Position numbers and translations under genes: made by a program. Shown piece by piece: positions 48,041 through 55,382 of a DNA stretch of 64,000 nucleotides. Position 1 is the stretch's first letter. Each line of letters opens with the position of its first letter. A model generated the notes under the pieces. It ran no database searches and had not been told where the DNA came from. It was given only the letters and a program-made list of their open reading frames with translations. The DNA is from Minisyncoccia bacterium (GTDB lineage Bacteria; Patescibacteriota; Minisyncoccia; Phycocordibacterales; DATDWN01), in NCBI GenBank assembly GCA_049297675.1, contig JBAQUS010000004.1, positions 13,188 to 77,187 on the forward strand. The letters run 5' to 3'.

Positions 48041-49396
48041 ATGCCTATCGTCGCAATCGTTATCGTACTCCTCTTTCTCGTCTTCGGACGAAGGAAAGGA
48101 AACGATAGCAAATACATTCGAGAGTCAGAGGTCGTTGATACCAAGCCAAATGGTAAAACAGAGACGGAAAAACACACTCTGTGGTGGCACGTCGGCCACT
48201 ACAAACTCGTGTGGCTACAGCACTGGAGGAGGTCAACAACCCTCCGTGTCTCCGCCGGACTGCTTGCTTTCGGGCTGGGAGTCTGGATCTTCCCTCTAAC
48301 GAGGGAATGGTGGAGTTCGCAGTGGGTTAGCTTCGGCCTTTACCTAATTGCCGCTCTGGCCATTATCTGCCTTGGGTTCATGTTGGGCCCGGCGCAGAAA
48401 GTGCCGTTCGAGTACAGGCTCCGGCCTTTATTGCTCATCATTGGAATTGCGATCGCAGTCTACGGACTCGGTGCGAACACCAAGTTCGGTCAGAGCACCT
48501 GGTCGTGGATCGCCTCTCACTTCGGGAGAACAGATGGAAACATCGGTCTAACTCCAGAGGAGACAGCTGACCTACCGGACGGGTTCGTCGAGAGCGACAA
48601 TCCGAACCACTGGTCAAACCACGTCACCGATGAAAATCGTGATGTGGTCAACATGGTCCGGGCTGCCGTCCAGAGCGAACTTGTCCCAACCCATTGGGAC
48701 CTCGCCATGCAGATCTGCGGTATGGAATCGGCATGGTTTCGTCAGTTCGATGAGGACGGTAATGTTCTCAGAAACGTCAAAAACAATGACGGGTCAATCG
48801 ACTACGGAGTCTGTCAGATCAACTCCATATGGATGAAAAAGTCCAAGGAGTTGGGAGATGGTTTCCGGATCGACGGGCCGGCTGACGAAAACATTCGAAT
48901 GGCCATGTGGATCTGGACGAATCCAGAAACACGTGGGCCACGCGAGTGGACCGGTACGTACAACACAGCTCTTGCTGTTGTCCGCAATGCGCGGACAACG
49001 CCAGAGACTGTGAACGCACGTCGAACTCCAGAGAGGTCACCGGCTGAACAGGAGACTGTTCAGGCTGGGATCGCACTGGTCTCACAAACTGAGCCAATTC
49101 ACCAGCAACGCAACCCACAAAGAGAGGTGTCTGTCACAGCCATGTTTCCAGGATGGGTCACCGACAAGTCCTCCATGACCTGCGACCTCGAAGAGGACGC
49201 AGAAATCGAGGCGGTCGGTGAGCCTGGAATATTTTACTGGAGTGACACAAACTTCAGTACGAACATCCTAAAGCCTGGAGAAACTGCTTCACTTGCTGGA
49301 TTCAAATGCGTTGCAGTCAGATACTTTTCCCCAACGTTTGGGGGAAAACTGACTGAGGGTCAGAGCCCTTACGCAATCGTGAGACGATACAAATAA
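48041..49396 (+). CDS. GC-rich polytopic membrane protein (4 TM) with C-terminal lysozyme-like / lytic-transglycosylase-like domain
   Basis: ICGMESAWFRQF...NNDGSIDYGVCQINSIWM. The catalytic E-S plus the DG-S-x-DYG-x-x-QIN-S motif is very close to the C-type lysozyme signature (FESNFNT...NTDGSTDYGIFQINSRWW) and compatible with the SLT E-S...GLMQ pattern. Confidence 0.55.
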   Translation: MPIVAIVIVLLFLVFGRRKGNDSKYIRESEVVDTKPNGKTETEKHTLWWHVGHYKLVWLQHWRRSTTLRVSAGLLAFGLGVWIFPLTREWWSSQWVSFGLYLIAALAIICLGFMLGPAQKVPFEYRLRPLLLIIGIAIAVYGLGANTKFGQSTWSWIASHFGRTDGNIGLTPEETADLPDGFVESDNPNHWSNHVTDENRDVVNMVRAAVQSELVPTHWDLAMQICGMESAWFRQFDEDGNVLRNVKNNDGSIDYGVCQINSIWMKKSKELGDGFRIDGPADENIRMAMWIWTNPETRGPREWTGTYNTALAVVRNARTTPETVNARRTPERSPAEQETVQAGIALVSQTEPIHQQRNPQREVSVTAMFPGWVTDKSSMTCDLEEDAEIEAVGEPGIFYWSDTNFSTNILKPGETASLAGFKCVAVRYFSPTFGGKLTEGQSPYAIVRRYK

Positions 49397-49431
49397 ACTA
49401 GAGTTAGAGAGGAGTACACATGTTCGCATGA

Positions 49432-49460
49432 GGCCGTTACCCGATAAGGGAACGGCCTCT
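49432..49460 (+). terminator. rho-independent terminator gaggccgttacccgataagggaacggcctc + T-run
   Basis: 9-bp GC stem followed by ttttta. Ends the GC-rich two-gene module. Confidence 0.7.
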
Positions 49461-49495
49461 TTTTATGCATGATGATATATAAAATTTCTCTACAG

Positions 49496-49526
49496 AAAAC
49501 CGCTCAAGTTGTGAGCGGTTTTCTGT
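49496..49526 (-). terminator. terminator hairpin agaaaaccgctcaagttgtgagcggttttct for the minus-strand pilin-like array
   Basis: Stem aaaaccgctca/tgagcggtttt, convergent with the 49432 terminator. Confidence 0.65.
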
Positions 49527-49536
49527 GACTAACTTG

Positions 49537-49827
49537 TTAATAGTTTCGTATTATAGCGTTGACTGCTGCGTTATTAGGTGCCACCCCGAAAGTGTTAAGG
49601 ACGAAGTGAACCAACCCATAAACCGAAAACATTATGACCATTCCCACTATTCCCCAGACCATGGAATCTCTGGACTCCTTTCTGGTATTTCCTTTATCGT
49701 CTGCATCAGAAGATAAAAACTTGATGGCCCCCCATACAAAGTACAGAAAGGCTATAGCAAACATGAGGAAAATCAATGGATTCAGTATAACGTTTGCTAC
49801 ATTACGTAGAAAAGGAACAATAGTCAT
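49537..49827 (-). CDS. TrbC/VirB2-like 'T4SS pilin' family paralog, N-terminally short (no signal peptide)
   Basis: Core motif PLIFLMFAIAFLYFVWGAIKFLSS..DDKG..RKESRDSMVWGIVGMVIMFSVYGLV is shared with the six upstream paralogs. Confidence 0.5.
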   Translation of the reverse strand: MTIVPFLRNVANVILNPLIFLMFAIAFLYFVWGAIKFLSSDADDKGNTRKESRDSMVWGIVGMVIMFSVYGLVHFVLNTFGVAPNNAAVNAIIRNY

Positions 49828-49852
49828 GTACTAGTTTCGTTAACTAGACTGA

Positions 49853-50206
49853 TTACAGACCTGTAACTGTTGGAACTGTACCAGTTGTGATGTTTTGAAC
49901 ACCAAATGTAGATTGTAACCATGCAACCAATCCGTAGATTGAGATCATGACTGCTATTGCAATCACACCCCAAATCATCTGGTTTCTACCTGCCTCCTGT
50001 GCCTTAGGATCCCCAGCTGAACGTAGGAATGTAACCAAGCCCCAGAAGAAGAACACTATCGCTAGACCGAAAACTATAGGGATAAGTGTTCTAACTGTTG
50101 TTGCAATGAAAGTAAGAAGTGCTTGCAAACCTGTTAAGTTTGGAGTCTGGGCGAAAGCCAAGACTGGAGCAAGAAAAGATCCTACTGAAATGACAATTTT
50201 TTTCAT
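49853..50206 (-). CDS. secreted two-TM TrbC/VirB2-like 'T4SS pilin' family protein (paralog 1)
   Basis: Signal peptide ending AFAQ. LIPIVFGLAIVFFFWGLVTFLRSAGDPKAQEAGRNQMIWGVIAIAVMISIYGLVAW. Confidence 0.6.
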   Translation of the reverse strand: MKKIVISVGSFLAPVLAFAQTPNLTGLQALLTFIATTVRTLIPIVFGLAIVFFFWGLVTFLRSAGDPKAQEAGRNQMIWGVIAIAVMISIYGLVAWLQSTFGVQNITTGTVPTVTGL

Positions 50207-50311
50207 TTTTTTGTTAATATTACGATTAATAATGCTATTATAGTACTTTTTAAAAATAATGCAAGTCCTCGGTCAAATAGACTCTGTGGATTAGTTTACT
50301 TCCAGTTATAC

Positions 50312-50689
50312 TTAGTTTGGACTAAAACATGTTTCAAAGTTAGTACAAGACTCAATACTAAAGACATTTCCAAGAAATGCCACTATTCCAAATAATGATA
50401 GAATGATGAACATGCCTATAATACCCCATAACATCCTTTGTTTTCCTTCCTCACGGGATTTAGAATCACCAGAATTTAGTACAAATTGTGCCACACCCCA
50501 TATAAAGAAAAGCAAAGCAACACTGCCTAGGATTGGTACTAATATATCAACTAAATCCTTAAATTCCTGAGCAAAAGTCTGAATAGTTTGAGCCGAAAGA
50601 ATGGTTGGAAAAATAGACCAAGACAAAGACACTACAAAAAATATTCTGCTGGTGTAACCATGAGAAAATATAAATTTTCTTACCATCAA
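50312..50689 (-). CDS. secreted two-TM TrbC/VirB2-like 'T4SS pilin' family protein (paralog 2)
   Basis: Signal peptide ..LSAQ. LVPILGSVALLFFIWGVAQFVLNSGDSKSREEGKQRMLWGIIGMFIILSLFGIVAF. Confidence 0.6.
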   Translation of the reverse strand: MMVRKFIFSHGYTSRIFFVVSLSWSIFPTILSAQTIQTFAQEFKDLVDILVPILGSVALLFFIWGVAQFVLNSGDSKSREEGKQRMLWGIIGMFIILSLFGIVAFLGNVFSIESCTNFETCFSPN

Positions 50690-50711
50690 AATAGTTAATG
50701 TTACAAAATTA

Positions 50712-51071
50712 TTATAAAGAAGTACAGATCATTGACCCGATTGGACACCCTGTTTGTGGTATCCCTAGAGCAGTATTTATAAATGCCACTATTCCGAATA
50801 TAGACATTATTACGAACATACCAACTACACCCCATATCATCCTTTGTTTTCCCTCTTCTCTCAGTTTGGTATCGCCAGCATTTAGAATAAATGTAGCTAC
50901 ACCCCACATAAAGAACATAAAAGCCAAACCGAAGACGATGGGTATAAGAAGTCGAACTATATTTCCGAATTCAGTCACTAGTGTTCTTACCACGGCTAGA
51001 CTCTGGGCAAAAATAAAAACAGGAAATAAAAGTTGTGGTGCATAAATTAAAAATTTTAGATTTTTCTTCAT
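50712..51071 (-). CDS. secreted two-TM TrbC/VirB2-like 'T4SS pilin' family protein (paralog 3)
   Basis: Signal peptide ..IFAQ. LIPIVFGLAFMFFMWGVATFILNAGDTKLREEGKQRMIWGVVGMFVIMSIFGIVAF. Confidence 0.6.
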   Translation of the reverse strand: MKKNLKFLIYAPQLLFPVFIFAQSLAVVRTLVTEFGNIVRLLIPIVFGLAFMFFMWGVATFILNAGDTKLREEGKQRMIWGVVGMFVIMSIFGIVAFINTALGIPQTGCPIGSMICTSL

Positions 51072-51140
51072 ATTTTTTATTTATTTCTATTTATTACTAT
51101 CAGTTATGCATTATAATACATACAACACAAAAGTACAAGG

Positions 51141-51524
51141 CTAAAATCTAATGAAAACAAAGGCAGGATCAGCATCAGTAGAGCCATTCAACCCTACAGC
51201 GTTTATAACAACACCAATGATTGCTCTTACAGATAGTAGGACAAATAAAGCAATTGTTCCCCAAAGCATATATTTTCTTCCATTTTCTATTTCCGTTTTA
51301 TTTCCAGATCGAATAAAAAATTTAGAAAGACCCCAAATAAATACTAAAACAGCTAAAGAAAGAAAGGCTGGCAGGATTGTGTTGTAAATAAGTTCTCCTG
51401 TGGTGAAGGCGGCATCTCCAAATGTGCCACCCGGAGGTATAAGTTGGGCATAAGCAATAATCGGAAAAACACTGACAACAAGGTTTGAAATGAACCTGTA
51501 GTGCTTTAAAAAAAAAGTTTTCAT
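51141..51524 (-). CDS. secreted two-TM TrbC/VirB2-like 'T4SS pilin' family protein (paralog 4)
   Basis: Signal peptide ..AYAQ. ILPAFLSLAVLVFIWGLSKFFIRSGNKTEIENGRKYMLWGTIALFVLLSV. Confidence 0.55.
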   Translation of the reverse strand: MKTFFLKHYRFISNLVVSVFPIIAYAQLIPPGGTFGDAAFTTGELIYNTILPAFLSLAVLVFIWGLSKFFIRSGNKTEIENGRKYMLWGTIALFVLLSVRAIIGVVINAVGLNGSTDADPAFVFIRF

Positions 51525-51536
51525 TATTGATAAATT

Positions 51537-51899
51537 TTAACCAACAGTGATTAGTTGACTAACCGTATTTCTAACCAGCTCTGATATGGCCACAGCTCCG
51601 AGGAGAATTCCTCCGCCTATGAGAGCCCAGAGAAGTCTCTGTTTTGCCTCGCCAAGTTTTTTCTCATTACCTTGGGCAGTTACAAAAGTAAAGCCTGCAT
51701 AAATAATGTACATTACAACCACCACGGCTCCTATAGGCAAAACCACGTTGTTAAGGAGTGCAGTTAAAATATCAATGAGATTGCTTCCTGCTTTGGTGGC
51801 CGGATTGGTAATGGTAATATTTTGAGCGAACAAAACTACTGGCAAAATAATATTAGCGAGTATCAGAAGAATTTTTGTGTATTTTTTATATATTTTCAT
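51537..51899 (-). CDS. secreted two-TM pilin-like protein (divergent paralog 5)
   Basis: Signal peptide ..LFAQ. VLPIGAVVVVMYIIYAGFTFVTAQGNEKKLGEAKQRLLWALIGGGILLGAVAI has the same architecture with a weaker motif. Confidence 0.45.
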   Translation of the reverse strand: MKIYKKYTKILLILANIILPVVLFAQNITITNPATKAGSNLIDILTALLNNVVLPIGAVVVVMYIIYAGFTFVTAQGNEKKLGEAKQRLLWALIGGGILLGAVAISELVRNTVSQLITVG

Positions 51900-51903
51900 A
51901 TTA

Positions 51904-52314
51904 TTAACCTAGAAAAGTTGGAATATTATCATCTAATAATGCTGTGGTGATAAGTCTAACTAACACCCAGGCGATTATTATAATAGCAATACCCTGTACA
52001 ACTTTAAGAAGCATACCCGCGGCTTTTGCCCGCTCCGAAGCACTCTCTCCACCCATCATAAACCTAAAGCCAGCCCAAGCGATAACTATAACAGAAAAAC
52101 CTAGGGCAAACTTAGTTCCTTCGTTTGTCACTCGTCTTACGGCTCTTATCAGGTCATCAAATGTACACTCTCCTGCTATCCCACCAACTCCGGGACACTC
52201 GTAAACAAACTGGGCATGGCTTACTAGTGGTGTAAAAAGAAAAAGAAAAACAAGAAACAGGAGAATTTTTGATGCCAAATTATTTAAAAATGTACTTCTC
52301 ATTTTGTTAAACAT
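51904..52314 (-). CDS. secreted two-TM pilin-like protein (divergent paralog 6, Cys-containing mature N-terminus)
   Basis: Signal peptide ..SHAQ. ...FSVIVIAWAGFRFMMGGESASERAKAAGMLLKVVQGIAIIIIAWVLV. Confidence 0.45.
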   Translation of the reverse strand: MFNKMRSTFLNNLASKILLFLVFLFLFTPLVSHAQFVYECPGVGGIAGECTFDDLIRAVRRVTNEGTKFALGFSVIVIAWAGFRFMMGGESASERAKAAGMLLKVVQGIAIIIIAWVLVRLITTALLDDNIPTFLG

Positions 52315-53603
52315 TATGATTTGATTAGAGCAGTCAGTTCTGTTTCCGCTCTGTTTAAGGCATCAGATGCTCTAGACCTTCCACTAGTTATGCTCTCAAT
52401 CATATCACGAAACAGATTTGAAGTTGCCTGTGGTTCAGGATCAATCCACGACCTGGAGATTAAGGCAGAATCATAGAATACTTGCATGTGAGCCTCTGGA
52501 GGCTTCACAGAAAGCATGTCTCTTCTTACAGGAGGTAGGTTTGTAATGCCACCTATTCCCTTTATAGCTTCGACCTCTGTCAGAGCGTTTAGGGCTATAA
52601 AGGAGGCCTGGATATTTTTGGATTGCTTTACAATGGATATACCGTAGAGATGTCCGAAAACTACTTTCTTTTTGCTATCTCTTATTTGTGGAACCGAAGT
52701 GACACCGTAATTTAGATTTGGATTTTTTTGTTGAATACCAACTAGCTCACTAGCAAAACCAAAATAAATAGCCAAATTTCCGGAGAGAAAGAAGTTGGAT
52801 GAAGATGGAAGGGACCTATTCCAGGAATATGAGACAAGGTTTGGATTAGAAAATTGGATGTAAAAATCTGTTGCTGACTGGCTCGGAGTCCTAGGATATC
52901 CGAACTGAAGGTTAAGCACTGTATCAAGCCCATTTTCCTCCCTCTGTATTATTGGTGTTCCAGCTTGGAGCATGAGCATTATGAGTAACTCCTTGGCACT
53001 TGTGATATTTCTCCATTCACCGAAAGCTATAGTTGATTGAGAAATATTGGCCTGACCGTCTTTTTTGGTGATCTTTGGAACCAAGTCTGGAATCTCGTCC
53101 CAGTATTTAGGAGGGGACGCAATAAAGTTGCTGGAGAATAAGTCTCTATTCCAATACATAACCATGGGATCAATAATGAATGGCAAAGCTAATATGCCTT
53201 CTGGAGTAAGAAACAATTCCCCTTCTTCTATAAACCTGTCCTTGAAATCCCTCTCTGGATAAAATTCCGATGGTATTGGATAAAGTTTATTTCTATTTTT
53301 GTAAACCAAATCCTCTCTAAGAATAACTATGTCTGGCCCTCTACCTTCTGCCAGAGCCTCGACAAAGTCTCTATCAAAATCTGATGGGTCCTTTCTGACA
53401 TACATCACTCTTATGTTTTTATTTCCAGAAAGTGACGAAGCTATATAAGCATTTGTAAATGCATCGTCCGAAATAGTTCCCCATGCGACTAGACCAGCAG
53501 ATACATTTGCTGTACCGGTATTTTTACTCAAGGCAAAAACCATAATACCTGCAACTATGGCCACAGAGAAGACGGCTATGACAGCTATTTTAAACGTACT
53601 CAT
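52314..53603 (-). CDS. membrane-anchored extracellular solute-binding-protein-like protein (family 1 SBP fold)
   Basis: N-terminal TM, then LVAWGTISDDAFTNAYIASS...FVEALAEGRGPDIVIL resembles SBP_bac_1 N-lobe. No adjacent permease or ATPase genes. Confidence 0.4.
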   Translation of the reverse strand: MSTFKIAVIAVFSVAIVAGIMVFALSKNTGTANVSAGLVAWGTISDDAFTNAYIASSLSGNKNIRVMYVRKDPSDFDRDFVEALAEGRGPDIVILREDLVYKNRNKLYPIPSEFYPERDFKDRFIEEGELFLTPEGILALPFIIDPMVMYWNRDLFSSNFIASPPKYWDEIPDLVPKITKKDGQANISQSTIAFGEWRNITSAKELLIMLMLQAGTPIIQREENGLDTVLNLQFGYPRTPSQSATDFYIQFSNPNLVSYSWNRSLPSSSNFFLSGNLAIYFGFASELVGIQQKNPNLNYGVTSVPQIRDSKKKVVFGHLYGISIVKQSKNIQASFIALNALTEVEAIKGIGGITNLPPVRRDMLSVKPPEAHMQVFYDSALISRSWIDPEPQATSNLFRDMIESITSGRSRASDALNRAETELTALIKS

Positions 53604-53640
53604 ATTCGCTGATTATAACAAGAAATCATTTTTTCTAAAA

Positions 53641-54168
53641 TTACATCTTCTTAAAGATTAATCCGTAGTGATGTGCTCCGGCGGAAATTTCCCTGTCTAT
53701 ACTAAAGCCCTGCTTTTCAAAAAGCTCTTTGGCTTTTGGTTTTTTAACAACATCGATCGGTTTTGGACCAATTCCACCGAATGAATCTGACCAGTCTATT
53801 ACCAATACCCTTCCCCCGGGTTTTAAAATTCTTTTGGCCTCTTTTATTGCCCCGACTTTATCATCTAGCTGAAAAAGAAGATTGCAAATAAAAACCAGAT
53901 CAACAGAAGAATCCCTAAGTTTTGCTCCATTTGGCTTTTCGACATTACCCCATACTACTTCTATGTTATAAAGGCCTTCTTTTGTTGAGTTATTTTTCAA
54001 TCTGGTCAGTAGCTCTTTATCTACGTCAATAGCGTAAACCCTACCAGTTGAAATGAGCGCCCTTGAAGCAGCCATGGAGTAATGTCCCGAGCCAGAACCA
54101 AAATCTGCAATATCCATCCCGGCCTGTATTCCACACTGCTCTATGTTTTTTATTGGATCGGAGAACAT
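53641..54168 (-). CDS. class I SAM-dependent methyltransferase
   Basis: Motif I IADFGSGSGHYS, motif II VDLVFICNLL, LKPGGRVLVIDW. Confidence 0.8.
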   Translation of the reverse strand: MFSDPIKNIEQCGIQAGMDIADFGSGSGHYSMAASRALISTGRVYAIDVDKELLTRLKNNSTKEGLYNIEVVWGNVEKPNGAKLRDSSVDLVFICNLLFQLDDKVGAIKEAKRILKPGGRVLVIDWSDSFGGIGPKPIDVVKKPKAKELFEKQGFSIDREISAGAHHYGLIFKKM

Positions 54169-54341
54169 TGGCTAGTTATGAAGTTGAAAGTAAAAAGTTA
54201 GAAGTAATACAAACAGTATACTAACAAAATTACGTGCTATTTATTATACAACCAAAAAACCAAATCAACACTATAGTTGTTCACAAATTAGAGTTTAAAT
54301 TTTGTTAATTTTATATAAGGACTCAATATAAAAAACCTGTT

Positions 54342-54362
54342 TTACTAGGGTAACCCTAGTAA
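54342..54362. repeat. REP-like palindrome ttactagggtaaccctagtaa (downstream flank of RAYT-2), followed by ttactagtaa
   Basis: Perfect 21-bp palindrome with core ctagggtAaccctag. A cognate copy lies at 55051-55073. Confidence 0.65.
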
Positions 54363-54365
54363 TTA

Positions 54366-55043
54366 CTAGTAACTATCTTTATATTCTAACCAATCAGTTA
54401 TATTATCATTAAAATCAAAGATACTTGAAAAATACTCAGGGAAATTAGTTTTGTCTAAAATCATACCCGCTTCCCTCTTTTGTCCGACATAATCTAAATA
54501 ACTAGAACAATCATAATTCGATAGAAATTTTTTAGCTTTACTAATGTTTTTTATTCCAGATTCTTTCCAGTCATATTCAATTAATTTAACTGGATTAAGA
54601 TGAATGTAAGAAAATAAATATTTCAAATATTCATCAGAGTCAGCATGTTCTGCTTTATATGTACCCTGAAACAACGAACCCACTCTATCATTTAATTTAT
54701 TAAAGTAGGTAGAATAGCCCGTAGTCAATTTTTCCATAAACATAGCTGTACCGCCCTCAACAATTTCTCTAACAAGAATATGAAAATGATTTGGCATTAA
54801 AACCCATGCTCCTATTGCAACGAGTTGCTCGCCCCTGTTAATATCTTTCAATGGTAAGTCTATTGTTGTGCTGTACCTATAAGGAAGAGTATTGTTTGCA
54901 AGATATAAGAGTCTAATAAATCTCTTATAATCATTCTGTGAAATAAAAATATCGCGCTTTTCAACTCCTCGATTATATATATGGTAAAACTCGCCTTCAG
55001 ATATGACTATTTTTCTTTGCATAGAAGCACTATATACTAACAA
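54366..55043 (-). mobile_element. REP-associated tyrosine transposase (RAYT; IS200/IS605 TnpA-like), second paralog
   Basis: FYHIYNRGVEKRDIF, HUH LMPNHFHILV, GSLFQGTYKAEHADSDEYLKYLFSYIHLNP. Flanked on both sides by ctagggtaaccctag REP palindromes. Confidence 0.8.
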
Positions 55044-55050
55044 CTCTCAT

Positions 55051-55073
55051 CTTACTAGGGTAACCCTAGTAAG
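55051..55073. repeat. REP-like palindrome cttactagggtaaccctagtaag (upstream flank of RAYT-2)
   Basis: Perfect 23-bp palindrome seen in the sequence. Confidence 0.65.
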
Positions 55074-55133
55074 ATGAAATTTTGATACCATGAAGCCCTG
55101 AGACTTCATGGTCCCAGGGCTGTTACCTGCTTT

Positions 55134-55382
55134 TTATTCTTCCTTCTCAGGTTTTTGTGGTGTGAAAGTGACAGAACCTGGGAGTTGACCTGAGGCACGT
55201 CTTTGCTGACGCACGGCTTCTTTGTAAAGTAGACATTGACGGTCAGCCTCAGCAGCATCACCACGTTCCCGTGCTTCTGACGCTCTGCACATACGAGTGA
55301 GCCACTCTGGGTTTGGTTCTGGATCAGTACCACGATTCGCCATGATTAACCTCCTCAAATTTTCCACATACATTATAAACAA
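55134..55382 (-). CDS. small GC-rich hypothetical protein (likely start [10 protein letters not shown]..., ~55343)
   Basis: ~50% GC ORF between gyrA and RAYT-2. Its 5' end overlaps the gyrA stop in the track. Preceded by hairpin ccatgaagccctgagacttcatgg at 55089-55112. No motif recognised. Confidence 0.35.
   Translation of the reverse strand: MFIMYVENLRRLIMANRGTDPEPNPEWLTRMCRASEARERGDAAEADRQCLLYKEAVRQQRRASGQLPGSVTFTPQKPEKEE

Noticed and set aside
46400-49400. Possibility that the GC-rich block is a contaminant or assembly chimera
   Set aside because: Not fully excluded. The block is embedded between REP/RAYT elements and AT-rich pilin genes with normal terminators on both sides, and it has its own promoter and terminator. 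It is therefore kept as probable HGT and flagged for coverage checking.
52314-53603. ABC transporter operon anchored by the SBP-like gene
   Set aside because: No permease or ATPase genes are adjacent. It is treated as an orphan, membrane-anchored binding-protein-like component of the island rather than a transporter locus.
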